A DNA stretch of 64,000 nucleotides from Thermofilaceae archaeon (GTDB lineage Archaea; Thermoproteota; Thermoprotei; Thermofilales; Thermofilaceae). The DNA lies in assembly GCA_038861545.1 (NCBI GenBank), contig JAWCCZ010000001.1:384001-448000 (forward strand). The letters are read 5' to 3'. Positions within the stretch are counted from its first letter, which is position 1, and every line of letters begins with the position of its first letter. Under the pieces are notes generated by a model. The model worked only from the letters and a program-made list of their open reading frames with translations, had not been told where the DNA came from and ran no database searches. Positions 10,395 through 20,492 of the stretch are shown in pieces. The translations under genes and the position numbers were made by a program.

Positions 10395-11876
10395 TTACTT
10401 TCTCCGACGTCTAAGCATCAGTAGAATTACCACGGCTATTACGGCAACCACACCTATTGACGCGTACATAGTTATAGGCACACCTTTTTCCATTAGTTCT
10501 GGTACCTCGGGATAGCTTGCCTCGATGTCCAGGGTTTCTATCAAGTAGCTGCCCCACTTATTCCAACCGATTCCTGGAGCCACTACCTGTATAATTAGGT
10601 AGTTGGCTCCCTTTACGGTGTGAACACCGCTACCTAAAATCACGAATTGATCCCGTGCAAGTCTTCTTTCCTCTCCATCGATGGTAGCTGTCTGATCTGC
10701 GGGCGAGAATACTATTGCTGTAGAAGGTGTGAAAAAGCGAACCTCCTGCCCAGGTCGCGAACCTATGAACGTGATACCATCGCCTATAAAGTCCTCAGTT
10801 ACTTCTCCACCGTATGTCTGCGCTGCGAGCACGGTTATATCCCCTGTGCTTTCTATTATCATGTCGAACCTGCCGATACCTAAAGGTAGGAACCAGTAAG
10901 CTTTCTGGGCTACATCTGTATCTGTAAATGAGTGCTCATTCATTACGCTAAGGTCGCTCGCCTTGTATACAGTAACCTTGCCCGCTTCTAAAGGCACGAC
11001 AACAAGAGCAGCGCTTCTACCGGTTTGCTGGTACGTTGCATGGTTGGGGAAGAAGAAAAGTTTGCCAACGTAGCCTCCAGTAATAGAAGGTACGTAAACG
11101 AACATCCCTAAAGCGGCGCTACATACTAACACGTCCCCTGTAGTTGTAAGCTCGAAGACGGAATCGTATCCCGCTGCAGCGCTAATACCGCCTTGCACCA
11201 CTCTGGATTGTATAATTGCGCGGGCGGTTCCCCTAGGGTCAACGGAACCGCTGGTTTCGAATTTGCCTACCCTATCTTTTAAACGCCATTCACTTTTTCC
11301 CAACGCTAAGAGGTAGAAGTTATGATGAACTAAATCCATAGAGTAACCGTACTGGTGAGTTGCTGGAGCCGGCATGAAAATGTAATGAGTGCCCCTAAAC
11401 CCCCCGTTTATGCTCGGATAAAACGTAGCTACTCCGGAAAACGGGTCGTCTTCGTAAGCGGCACTACCGCCGGTCAGTAATACGCCGACTCGCTTGTTTG
11501 AGACAACCTTGAAGTATATACCATACGACACGTAGAAAGTTGCCTTATCGAGCGCGTTAATCCGCGTGGAGTTTATCAGTAGCCCTGAAGTTATATCATA
11601 TATCTCTACCCTGGTATCGTCCTGATAAGCGACTATATCAAGGAGTGCATACCCGCCTGGAGGCGTGAAGTTAATTGCTTTCCCCCAAACTAGTTCAGCT
11701 AAGCTTGGCAGGTCGGTTGACGGAGGCACATAGCCGTAGTAAACATGCTGGTTAGCTTGAGCCGCGACTCTTTGAATAGGGGCTAGAAATGCTGGGAGAG
11801 AGGCTAGCATTAGAACTATAACCAGTAACTCCCTAGTAAGAAATCTTCTAAGTGAAAAAGCATTAAAAAATTTCAT
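10395..11876 (-). CDS. Secreted, C-terminally anchored beta-rich surface protein (IgGFc-binding-like)
   Basis: Likely start is ATG 11876 (MKFFNAF), followed by a signal peptide. DIVAYQDDTRVEIY and KVVSNKRVGVL resemble IgGFc-binding N-terminal repeats. The protein ends in a TM helix plus RRRRK. Confidence 0.7.
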   Translation of the reverse strand: MKFFNAFSLRRFLTRELLVIVLMLASLPAFLAPIQRVAAQANQHVYYGYVPPSTDLPSLAELVWGKAINFTPPGGYALLDIVAYQDDTRVEIYDITSGLLINSTRINALDKATFYVSYGIYFKVVSNKRVGVLLTGGSAAYEDDPFSGVATFYPSINGGFRGTHYIFMPAPATHQYGYSMDLVHHNFYLLALGKSEWRLKDRVGKFETSGSVDPRGTARAIIQSRVVQGGISAAAGYDSVFELTTTGDVLVCSAALGMFVYVPSITGGYVGKLFFFPNHATYQQTGRSAALVVVPLEAGKVTVYKASDLSVMNEHSFTDTDVAQKAYWFLPLGIGRFDMIIESTGDITVLAAQTYGGEVTEDFIGDGITFIGSRPGQEVRFFTPSTAIVFSPADQTATIDGEERRLARDQFVILGSGVHTVKGANYLIIQVVAPGIGWNKWGSYLIETLDIEASYPEVPELMEKGVPITMYASIGVVAVIAVVILLMLRRRRK

Positions 11877-11893
11877 ATTTTTATCCACCGCCC

Positions 11894-13903
11894 CTAGTAA
11901 GTGCCGAATACCATGTACCTCGCGATGTTGACTATACTCACCAGCACTATACCCAGTATCTCGCCCGCGATAATTCCAACCGCTACCGGAACGCCAACTT
12001 CCTCGTAAGCTTTCCTGCCCCCGACTTTCAGTAGAGCGTACTTTACTGCCCAGACGATTAAAGGAGTAAATGTCCCCACGTGCCATGTATAGAAGTCATG
12101 TAGGCCTAGCATGAAGCCCAGCGGCTCAAGCGGCCACCATGGGAACCTTAACCTTAAGAAGACTAAAGCGCCAGCGAGTAGGAAGCCTACTAGACCAGGT
12201 ATAGAGGCGATGCTGAGTCTCGGATTATAGAATCCAGCGTCTCCATCCCAGAAGTAATCCCATTCTTTAGCTACTGGTAATTCCATGAATCCCCACGCGT
12301 GTAACGCGATGAATGTTAACGGTATTGCGATGACAGCCGTTATTATACTCCCTATAACCAGTAGTTTGTAGACAGTGTCAGCTCTAACGCCAGCCATCTG
12401 CGCGACCTTAAAGCTATCCATTGCACCCATCATCGTTGAGTAGTAGGGGCCGTAGGTATCGCATCCTGTGCCCCACCTGCATGTATGCGAAATTATGAAG
12501 AGCTTACCAGCAGGGTACTGAGGAGCGGCTGGCAGGGTATCTCCCACGAAGGGTTTCCAGTAGTAAGCGCCTCTCAGGAACGTGACGTTAGCAGTGTAAG
12601 CCCTAGCCCTTGTCAACACAACTACCTGAAGCCAAATAACGAATAATCCTAGGATAGCATCCTGAGGTTCTACGTTGGAAGCGATGAAGAGGGCGATTAA
12701 GCCTACTGCACCGAGTAGAACTAGAAGGTATGCCAGCCGGTATGATACTTCGCCCTCCGCGGATTTACCACCAGAAGTTGTTAACTTAAATGTTTGTGCA
12801 AAGTATTTCCAGTTAACTAGGATGAAGAATACTAGGATGCCGAGCGCCATGCCGGCAGAGATTACTTCAAAGTAGAATGGTTCACCGTAGTATATCATCC
12901 ACCACTTGCTCCACTGGCCGACCGTATATATACCCGTATAGTACCCGAAGTAGGACATTATCTGGGGCAGTAACGTGGTGAACACTAGGTGCGCGAACCA
13001 CATCGAGAACAGAGCATCCAGGGGGACGAGGAAGAAGAATGCATAGCGAAGCGGGTCTGTAGAGAACACTACGACTTGAGCTAGGCTCGACTGGAGCACA
13101 GGATATGCCTGGGTCATCTGGAACTGGCCAGTGGACCATGATAGGTAGTTCGGGCTCGTCAGCCATCCGTAAAAGTCCGGCAATCCCGGATAAGCTGAGT
13201 AAATCATGTAGGGTACGTAGAAAAGCACACCAAGCAGAAAAGCAATCTTAAAGTACTTCTTGAACTTGGTTGGGCTCGGCGTTAAAGCAGCCTCGGCAAT
13301 AAGCCATCCTTGCGCGTGTGGGAACGGCAGCACCTCTATCTCAACCCATAGTCTTCGAAAAACTCCGGCCCATCCTAGGAAGAAAGCTGCAGTAACGACG
13401 TACCAGAAGACGTACGTGCCAATTACAGGCATCCACTCATTGGCATACACAGAGAATAAGTTGTTAAGCGAGTTTCGGTAGAACATGCCCCTAACTGCAT
13501 CTGCCGACGGCATCCATATCATCGGTAGAGCATAACCGTGTGTCTCTGCTGTGGCAACCCGTATATTAAAGAGGGCTGCAGGTGTAGTATAGAAGCCTTT
13601 GAATACCGTGTACCAAGTAGCTATACCGGTCCCTATATAGATGAGGCAAAACATCTGTCTATCAATTTTCAACAGCCCTCTCTCCATGAGGAGCATCATT
13701 ATCGCGGCAACAGACCAGGGTAACGCGATTGCGCATAGAAGCCCGCCGGAGGGGCCGATGTTAATTCCTCCCGTACCCCAGGCGGCTGGCAGGAACAGGG
13801 TTTCAATAGTTATTAATGCCGATAGTAGAGCGGTGTAAACAATTACTACAAGCCATTGCTTGCTCGTTAAAACCCGGATTTCCTCACTTTTTGTCGCCAT
13901 CAC
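11894..13903 (-). CDS. OPT-like / DUF6785-type multipass membrane protein
   Basis: About 16-18 hydrophobic segments; FRRLWVEIEVLPFPHAQ motif; C-terminal LRLRFPWWPLEPLGF...KYALLKVGGRKAYE typical of DUF6784/6785 proteins. Confidence 0.75.
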   Translation of the reverse strand: MMATKSEEIRVLTSKQWLVVIVYTALLSALITIETLFLPAAWGTGGINIGPSGGLLCAIALPWSVAAIMMLLMERGLLKIDRQMFCLIYIGTGIATWYTVFKGFYTTPAALFNIRVATAETHGYALPMIWMPSADAVRGMFYRNSLNNLFSVYANEWMPVIGTYVFWYVVTAAFFLGWAGVFRRLWVEIEVLPFPHAQGWLIAEAALTPSPTKFKKYFKIAFLLGVLFYVPYMIYSAYPGLPDFYGWLTSPNYLSWSTGQFQMTQAYPVLQSSLAQVVVFSTDPLRYAFFFLVPLDALFSMWFAHLVFTTLLPQIMSYFGYYTGIYTVGQWSKWWMIYYGEPFYFEVISAGMALGILVFFILVNWKYFAQTFKLTTSGGKSAEGEVSYRLAYLLVLLGAVGLIALFIASNVEPQDAILGLFVIWLQVVVLTRARAYTANVTFLRGAYYWKPFVGDTLPAAPQYPAGKLFIISHTCRWGTGCDTYGPYYSTMMGAMDSFKVAQMAGVRADTVYKLLVIGSIITAVIAIPLTFIALHAWGFMELPVAKEWDYFWDGDAGFYNPRLSIASIPGLVGFLLAGALVFLRLRFPWWPLEPLGFMLGLHDFYTWHVGTFTPLIVWAVKYALLKVGGRKAYEEVGVPVAVGIIAGEILGIVLVSIVNIARYMVFGTY

Positions 13904-13919
13904 GCATTTTCAACGAAGC

Positions 13920-14020
13920 TTAATTTAAATTTTACGCATAGGTTTAAAAAGGGTATGAAATAGGCGAATCTTATTTATCTTTCTGTTGATTAGTATAAAA
14001 AGAGGAGAGAAAGCTTTAAA
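13920..14020. promoter_or_regulatory. Divergent archaeal promoter region with two TATA boxes
   Basis: ATTTAAAT at 13923-13930 lies about 25 nt upstream of minus-strand ATG 13900. A purine-rich stretch plus TTTAAA at 14015-14020 lies 26 nt upstream of ATG 14046. Confidence 0.6.
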
Positions 14021-14045
14021 GCGTATCCAGTTGTCGAGTGCTTGC

Positions 14046-17000
14046 ATGAACCTTAGAGTTAGCGGTAGGGAAAAGAAATCAATTCTAAGTGAAACCCTCG
14101 TACCTGCGGCACTAATGCTATTACTTACAGCTACTCCGATTCTAAATCCTCTAACCGCGGCTCAACCCACGCTAACTCCTACCCCTCACGGATTTGAGAA
14201 AATAATAGTTCATTTTAACAAGAGTTTATTTATTGAAGATGTTCAAGCTCTTTCGAAAAGCTCTAGGTTTACAGGCTATCCGGGTTTCTTTGAAGCGGCT
14301 AACTATATCGCAGATGTTTTTAAGGGAGCTGGTATTGCGCCATTAGGTAAAGATTACTTTGAATGGTTTGAGGTGACCGTACCTATTACGGGAGATTCCT
14401 GGATATCTGTAGAGGACGGCTTGAAGGTAGCCGTATACCCGCTGTACCCCAACCTTGTGAATCCGAGCCCATATAGAAGCGACGATTGGGATTACCTAGT
14501 TTATGTAGGGAAAGGCGAGCTTGAAGACTTTAACGGGAAAAATGTCTCAGGGAAATTCGTGTTAATGAATTTCGCCTGCGGGTGGAACTACTACTATGCA
14601 TTAATGCTCGGCGCTAAGGGAGTGGTTTTTGTGCCGGAATCGTCAGACGCTGTTACCAGACCAGAAGCCGACCAAAAGCTGACTCTTGTTCCAGTATATT
14701 TCCCCAAGCTGTACATGCCGCTTGAAAGAGAAGGGATTCAGCTGCTCGAGTTGGCGAAAAAAGCTGGTGATACTGGTATTAAGGTAAAAATCTTTTCTCA
14801 GATGCGGTGGGACTCAGTAAAGGTACCGAATGTCGTCGGTTTTATTAAGGGGAAAAATCCAGCAAAATCCAATAAAGTTGTTGTTATAGCGAGTTACTAT
14901 GACTCTTACTCGGTTGTCCCCTCGCTTTCCTTTGGTGCTGAGGATGCTTTAGGGATAGCTACTCTGTTACAATTTGCCAGGTTCCTAGCTGAAAACCCGC
15001 CAGAATACTCAGTGGCTTTAGTAGCTTTAGCCGGTCATTACCAAGCTCTCTGGGGAGCGAGAGAATTTGTAGAACGCCGTTTCGACGATGGGAGGGAGTA
15101 TGTTGCATTCGCCTCCATAGATTTGTCGAGCGAATCCGATCAGGTCGGAATTTATGTCCTCGGCTCGGCCTACTCTTATAGATACGCTGATATTCTAGTC
15201 AGGCGGTACACTTGGCTGGTCAGCAGAGCTTTTGGTCCTTGGTTAGCCGAAATACGGATGTTACTGGGAAGTAAATTTGGAGAAAACTTTGTCGATGGAG
15301 TTTTAGCAAGCTATCCCGGCTATATAAGGTCAGTACCAATGTACGAACCATACCGTTACGGGTTCTTACCTTCTTCTGCAGTCTTCCCATCCCATAATTG
15401 GTATCTTGCATCTCAAGTATACCTTTTCGATTCAGAACCCTTTACATTAGCAATGTACGGTGGAGGCTTCACATTTAGAACCACTAACGCCTTTAAAACT
15501 CGCCGCTGGACTCCCGCCGACAGGCTGGATTATGTGAATTTTGAAAATGTGTGGCCACAGGCTTACTTTATCCACTGCATACTTTGGGCAATGTTAAATG
15601 AAGATATCAACCTGCCAACTTCAAAGGAGAGGCTTCGCGACGATTGGGGGTACGTGACGTTGCGAGTCAAAGTTACAACCTATAACATGCTTACATCGTA
15701 CTGGGATACTATTAATTTTACGGAAAAACCAGAGTTGAAGGGTAAGCTTATAGCTTATGTAACTAGTGGTGGGCTCAGAATAGCCCAGAAAGTCAGCGAT
15801 GATGGTACAGTTACAATACACGGCTTAAAACCATACGCCGGAGGTGGAGTTGACATTTTCGCTATTGAGGATAACGGAAAGATTACTTGGACCACGGATG
15901 TCGGTGTATGGCAAGCTCCGGGATGGAAGGGTATACCTTTAACTACTCATCCTCATGAGAAGTTAATAGCGATCTTCGAGTGCGCTAGTATATTCATACC
16001 TTTCGTCTTCCAACCGACAGATTTTAGGACTCTATCCCTTACCTCGATCAATGATGCTAGGGCACACAGTCCTATGATTCGGCAGAACAGTTTGCAGACC
16101 GACATGTTCGCTATGGCGTTTGTTCAGCCAGGTGTTCCAGCCGAAGTAACTTTCACCATAGGGACTGGATTACCAAGCATAGTTCTGAATAATGCTTCGC
16201 CAGCAAAACCTGAGGGGTTCGGTTATACTTTGAACAAAGGCGAGCAAATTGTTTTAACCCCATTAGATGCTTTCAAAAACCTTTATACAATTGTTGACAA
16301 CAGGTACAATAATATAAAGAGCAGAAATGTTATAATACCTACAATTGAATTTTACGCTAACGCAACCCTCAAGCTGAAGAGCGAATTCGAGAAAATGCTC
16401 GAAGAGAGAAACTACTCCAAAGCTTTTGGTGCATGCCTCTTCGCCTGGGCCGCGCTTATCAACTGGTATAACACTGTTATGAGCGCAATAGGGCAAGTAA
16501 TTACATCGATTGCAGTTTTCTTCCTTATTTCATTACTATTCGCGCTCTTGTTTGAGCGGCTTGCTTTTAAGGCAGAGGGTAGCCGGAGACTATTCACCCT
16601 GCTACTTATCTTAGTGGTTGCAAATGCCGTACTTTATACACTTCACCCCGCCTACCACATAGCTACCAACTGGACAATCGTGCTACTTACAGTCACTTTC
16701 CTAGCATTTAACATCATCATGCTTTATATAGCTATCATGAATGCTTATTCAGCAGCTAAAATAATTCGAGAATCTAGAGTTGGTAAACACTTTGTTGAAG
16801 TCAGTCGAAGCGGATTAATGGTTGAAAGCATGACTCTTGCGATCGAAAACATAAAGAAAAGGAAACTGAGGACAATCTTAATCTTGGTTGCAACGACCGC
16901 GATCACGTTCGCTATGATTTCGCTCGCGTCGGTAACTTCTTCACCTGTAATGCTTCCTCAAGGTGTAAATACAACTCGGATGCCGGACTTTGAAGGTTTA

Positions 17001-18521
17001 CTAATTAGGGCCTACCCATGGGATCAATTGAACTTCCTTACCTACGAAATGTATAACAATTACCTAGAAGGTAAATGTTACATAGCCCCTAGAGCATTCT
17101 TATACCCTCCACCCTTACTGGTGGCTATGCCGGGTGTAACTACCGGGCTTCTCTACTTAGGTTTCAGCCCACAGCTAAAAACGCAGATCTACGGTATGCT
17201 TGTTTTATCTCCTAATGAAGTTAACGTATCCGGGTTAGATAGGTTAATAGTTAGGGGTAGGTGGTTTAGCGAGGGCGATGTATATGCCGTGATACTCACG
17301 GAGTCGGTTTCATCCAGCTTAAGCCAAGAGCTGGGTAGACCGATCGACGCGGGGTCAACCATAAAATTATGGGGTCTAGAGCTTCGGGTAGTCGGCATAA
17401 TCAGTGACCGCGTTGCAAACTTTACAAACCCGGACGGTGAACCAGTAACTCCCATAGACCCTCAATCCCCCGTAGCAACTCCTCTCCACTTATCCGCAAG
17501 GAATATAATGGTAATCCCGTATTCGCTGTACAGGCTAATAGCTGTACCTCCAACAGTTACCAATATCGCCGTAAAACCTCTCAATGAACGGCAGTTAATC
17601 GAGTTGAAGGGTTTACTTCCTTCAATAGTATCCTACCCGATTTACTTACACTGGGGCGGGGAACTGAGAGCTTGGGTTATGAGGCAGTGGGTTAGTGCGA
17701 TAGGTTTCGAGTTTATAATAATTCCAGCCATTTTAGCAGCTGCATCCATACTGGACTTAATGCTCGCCTCTGTTTACGAGCGGAGAAGGGAGTTGTATGT
17801 TTTCACGGCCGTCGGCATGGCGCCATCTCATGTCACAACCGTTTTCTTAACTGAAGCATTAACCTACGTAGTACCAGCAGTATTCTTTGGATACGTAACA
17901 GGAATTCTAGCTACTAATGCTATGTTAGCTGTGGGTGCATTTCCAAGCGGGCTTTACCCCAACTTTACTTCGTTAGCGATACTAGTTGTTGTAGGTCTCT
18001 GCACTTTACTTGTCGTAGTTGCAGCTTACTATCCGTCAACCTTAGCCAGCAGGCTTGCTATTCCATCTCATGTGAGAAGGTGGTTATCCGCTGAGAAAGG
18101 CCCTGCAGGGGATGAGTGGAGGATAACGTACCCATTAATCCTTTCTTCGGCGGGAGAAGTCTACGGCTTTATGAATTTCTTAAGTGAGTACATGAGGGCT
18201 CTTGAGTTGAGAGAGAGCGCCTTCTTCGCGGAAAAAATAGAAATATCTGAAGAGGAGAAGGGTGGAGACCACGTTATCCGGTTGCACGCGCACTGCAGAT
18301 TTGCGCCCTATGATCTGGGTATAAGGAGTGACATATTAATCACAGCCATCAGGAAGAAGGATGCAAGCAATTACGTCTTTGACGCTCTAATCAAGCGTGT
18401 GGAGGGCTACTGGCAGGCTTGGAGGGGCACAGCACTTACAGTCGCGGGTGATCTTCGGAAGGAGATAATAGCATGGAGGGCTTTAAGCCCTGAAGAAAGG
18501 AAGAAGTACACGCCCAGATAG
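14046..18521 (+). CDS. Giant membrane protein: PA/M28 peptidase-like ectodomain fused to MacB/FtsX permease domain
   Basis: SRFTGYPG..AANYI, PA-type LVYVGKGELEDFNGKNVSGKFVLM, NVVGFIKG..VVIASYYDS and GAEDALGIATLL, followed by KRKLRTILIL and VYERRRELYVFTAVGMAPSHV. ATG 14046 is preferred to TTG 13986 from TATA spacing. Confidence 0.85.
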   Translation: MNLRVSGREKKSILSETLVPAALMLLLTATPILNPLTAAQPTLTPTPHGFEKIIVHFNKSLFIEDVQALSKSSRFTGYPGFFEAANYIADVFKGAGIAPLGKDYFEWFEVTVPITGDSWISVEDGLKVAVYPLYPNLVNPSPYRSDDWDYLVYVGKGELEDFNGKNVSGKFVLMNFACGWNYYYALMLGAKGVVFVPESSDAVTRPEADQKLTLVPVYFPKLYMPLEREGIQLLELAKKAGDTGIKVKIFSQMRWDSVKVPNVVGFIKGKNPAKSNKVVVIASYYDSYSVVPSLSFGAEDALGIATLLQFARFLAENPPEYSVALVALAGHYQALWGAREFVERRFDDGREYVAFASIDLSSESDQVGIYVLGSAYSYRYADILVRRYTWLVSRAFGPWLAEIRMLLGSKFGENFVDGVLASYPGYIRSVPMYEPYRYGFLPSSAVFPSHNWYLASQVYLFDSEPFTLAMYGGGFTFRTTNAFKTRRWTPADRLDYVNFENVWPQAYFIHCILWAMLNEDINLPTSKERLRDDWGYVTLRVKVTTYNMLTSYWDTINFTEKPELKGKLIAYVTSGGLRIAQKVSDDGTVTIHGLKPYAGGGVDIFAIEDNGKITWTTDVGVWQAPGWKGIPLTTHPHEKLIAIFECASIFIPFVFQPTDFRTLSLTSINDARAHSPMIRQNSLQTDMFAMAFVQPGVPAEVTFTIGTGLPSIVLNNASPAKPEGFGYTLNKGEQIVLTPLDAFKNLYTIVDNRYNNIKSRNVIIPTIEFYANATLKLKSEFEKMLEERNYSKAFGACLFAWAALINWYNTVMSAIGQVITSIAVFFLISLLFALLFERLAFKAEGSRRLFTLLLILVVANAVLYTLHPAYHIATNWTIVLLTVTFLAFNIIMLYIAIMNAYSAAKIIRESRVGKHFVEVSRSGLMVESMTLAIENIKKRKLRTILILVATTAITFAMISLASVTSSPVMLPQGVNTTRMPDFEGLLIRAYPWDQLNFLTYEMYNNYLEGKCYIAPRAFLYPPPLLVAMPGVTTGLLYLGFSPQLKTQIYGMLVLSPNEVNVSGLDRLIVRGRWFSEGDVYAVILTESVSSSLSQELGRPIDAGSTIKLWGLELRVVGIISDRVANFTNPDGEPVTPIDPQSPVATPLHLSARNIMVIPYSLYRLIAVPPTVTNIAVKPLNERQLIELKGLLPSIVSYPIYLHWGGELRAWVMRQWVSAIGFEFIIIPAILAAASILDLMLASVYERRRELYVFTAVGMAPSHVTTVFLTEALTYVVPAVFFGYVTGILATNAMLAVGAFPSGLYPNFTSLAILVVVGLCTLLVVVAAYYPSTLASRLAIPSHVRRWLSAEKGPAGDEWRITYPLILSSAGEVYGFMNFLSEYMRALELRESAFFAEKIEISEEEKGGDHVIRLHAHCRFAPYDLGIRSDILITAIRKKDASNYVFDALIKRVEGYWQAWRGTALTVAGDLRKEIIAWRALSPEERKKYTPR

Positions 18522-18523
18522 GG

Positions 18524-20476
18524 GTGAATCATATGGGAAGTCCGTTGGTTACAGCTCAGAGTAAGGCTTTAACCAGTAAGGTCGTTTTAATGTTCCTGTT
18601 CTCTGCACTTGTACTACAGCCTCTCGTAGTTTACTACTACCTGTTGACTAACAGCTACTACGCTTTCTCGTACTGGATAACCGTACTTTTATTTGCGGAA
18701 ATTGCCAGCTTAGCTAGAGCTGACTTCACCAGCAGGGAACTGTATCTCGTTCTTACGTTTCAGCCTGTCGCTTTTGCCTATTCTCTGTTTTTCATCAACT
18801 TTATTAGGAACATGTACTTCGCTTACAGTGAACCTTCCAAATACTTCGGGATCGCCCAGCACGTGCCTAGCTGGTGGGTCCCTCCAGAAAACGTGGTACA
18901 ATCCATTTACCTGTCTAAACTACTTTTCTTCGAACCAGCATGGGCACTACCGATAGGGTTATCACTTGCCTTCCTAGCGTTGACTGTGTTAACTGATGTT
19001 TCGCTAGGTTACTTAAGTTACACCATATTCGTAGTCGAAGAGAAGCTCGAGTTCCCATTTGCTCGAGCCTCTGTAGCTATGGTTGAAACCCTAGCGTCTA
19101 GAGATCCGAACTATTTAAGGACTCTATTCGCATCCTGCATTATAGGCATACTACTCAACATAGGCTTAAAGTTCCTACCCTACATAATGTCAGTATTTAT
19201 GTTAGGAGGAGTGTTCGTCGCTGTCGGAACTCCTTTCTACGGTTACGACTTTACCCCCTACCTCGATTACATACTACCCGGCGCCGGGTTTGTTTTAGTA
19301 ACAGATCCCTTAGCTTTTGTAAGCGGTTTCCTTATTCCCCCAGCAGTGGCTGTGGTTCAGTTCCTAGCATCATTTCTCCTCTACTTCGTTGGAACTCACA
19401 TGATAACTCGCTTTAAACTTTGGCCTGAAGAAAGCCTATGGACAACAGGCTGGGGGTATTGGACGCTACAGTACAGATCTATGATATACTTCTACGTATC
19501 GTTTTTCATCGGGCTAAGCTTAGCCGCCATGTTAATCCCCCTGGCTGTTAACCCAACTCCTCTAAAGCGGGCATTTAAAGCGCTTGGCAAAGCTGGGGGG
19601 AAAGGCTTCTCAGCTAAGATGTTACTAGGGGTTTTCTTCGTTTCATCTATCTCGATGACCATGCTATCCTGGGCGTTAACCGACTTCTCCTTCCCAGTGT
19701 ATATTTTACTTTTATTAATAGTCGGCGGGACTTTCTTTGCAACTTATATAGCAACGGCATCCGCAGGTGTTACTGTTTTCGGTACAAATGTCCCATACTT
19801 AAGAGAGTTGTCGATATACTTCTCCGGCTACCAAGGCAAGGAGATATGGTTCGTCCCGCTTCCAGCCACCCTTTCCAGTGCTCCTGTGGGAACGATCGGC
19901 GTGACCCTAGCTTCTCCCTTGGGGGGGTCATCAGTTGCACAAGCCTTGCTTCAAGCTGATGTACTGGGAGTTGAGCATAGGGAGTTTTTCAAAGCTTATG
20001 CGATACTGGTGTTGGTAAGCATAGTCAGCGGCTTTTTCTTGACTAACTTGTTCTGGTACATTTCGCCTATACCCTCAAGTGCTTACCCATATACAATAAC
20101 AGGATGGCCTGTTGACGCGTTGAGCTGGGCTAGGATGATGGTCTGGGTGTGGAGTGGTTACCTTTTCAGACCTATCTGGATCGCTGCGGGCTTCGCTGTG
20201 GGAACTGCCTTGTACGCAGCAGCCAATTTCGTTCTGCGAGCACCGTATCTCCTGATAGTGGCGATAACGGGAGCTGGTATGGGTATACCATGGGCTTTCT
20301 CGCAGATGATAGGTTCCATTATTGGAAGGCGAGCCTTAAGGTCGGCGTTGGGAGAAAACTGGGGCAGGTACTTGTATTTGTTAGTCACCGGCATTTTCCT
20401 CGGAGATGCCATCATGGAAACGATGAGGATACTGTTGATAGTGCTGGCTAGATCACAATGGCTACTGCCGTTCTAA
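18524..20476 (+). CDS. OPT-superfamily-like multipass membrane protein
   Basis: About 16 TM segments; FVVEEKLEFPFARAS motif shared with OPT-like proteins and with the 11894 gene; starts 2 nt after the FtsX gene. Confidence 0.75.
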   Translation: MNHMGSPLVTAQSKALTSKVVLMFLFSALVLQPLVVYYYLLTNSYYAFSYWITVLLFAEIASLARADFTSRELYLVLTFQPVAFAYSLFFINFIRNMYFAYSEPSKYFGIAQHVPSWWVPPENVVQSIYLSKLLFFEPAWALPIGLSLAFLALTVLTDVSLGYLSYTIFVVEEKLEFPFARASVAMVETLASRDPNYLRTLFASCIIGILLNIGLKFLPYIMSVFMLGGVFVAVGTPFYGYDFTPYLDYILPGAGFVLVTDPLAFVSGFLIPPAVAVVQFLASFLLYFVGTHMITRFKLWPEESLWTTGWGYWTLQYRSMIYFYVSFFIGLSLAAMLIPLAVNPTPLKRAFKALGKAGGKGFSAKMLLGVFFVSSISMTMLSWALTDFSFPVYILLLLIVGGTFFATYIATASAGVTVFGTNVPYLRELSIYFSGYQGKEIWFVPLPATLSSAPVGTIGVTLASPLGGSSVAQALLQADVLGVEHREFFKAYAILVLVSIVSGFFLTNLFWYISPIPSSAYPYTITGWPVDALSWARMMVWVWSGYLFRPIWIAAGFAVGTALYAAANFVLRAPYLLIVAITGAGMGIPWAFSQMIGSIIGRRALRSALGENWGRYLYLLVTGIFLGDAIMETMRILLIVLARSQWLLPF

Positions 20477-20492
20477 AGATAGGTAAGGCGAA

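Noticed and set aside
11877-12086. N-terminal 70-aa extension of the 10395..12086 ORF
   Set aside because: It overlaps the 3' end of the OPT-like gene in another frame, and a proper signal peptide begins only after ATG 11876.
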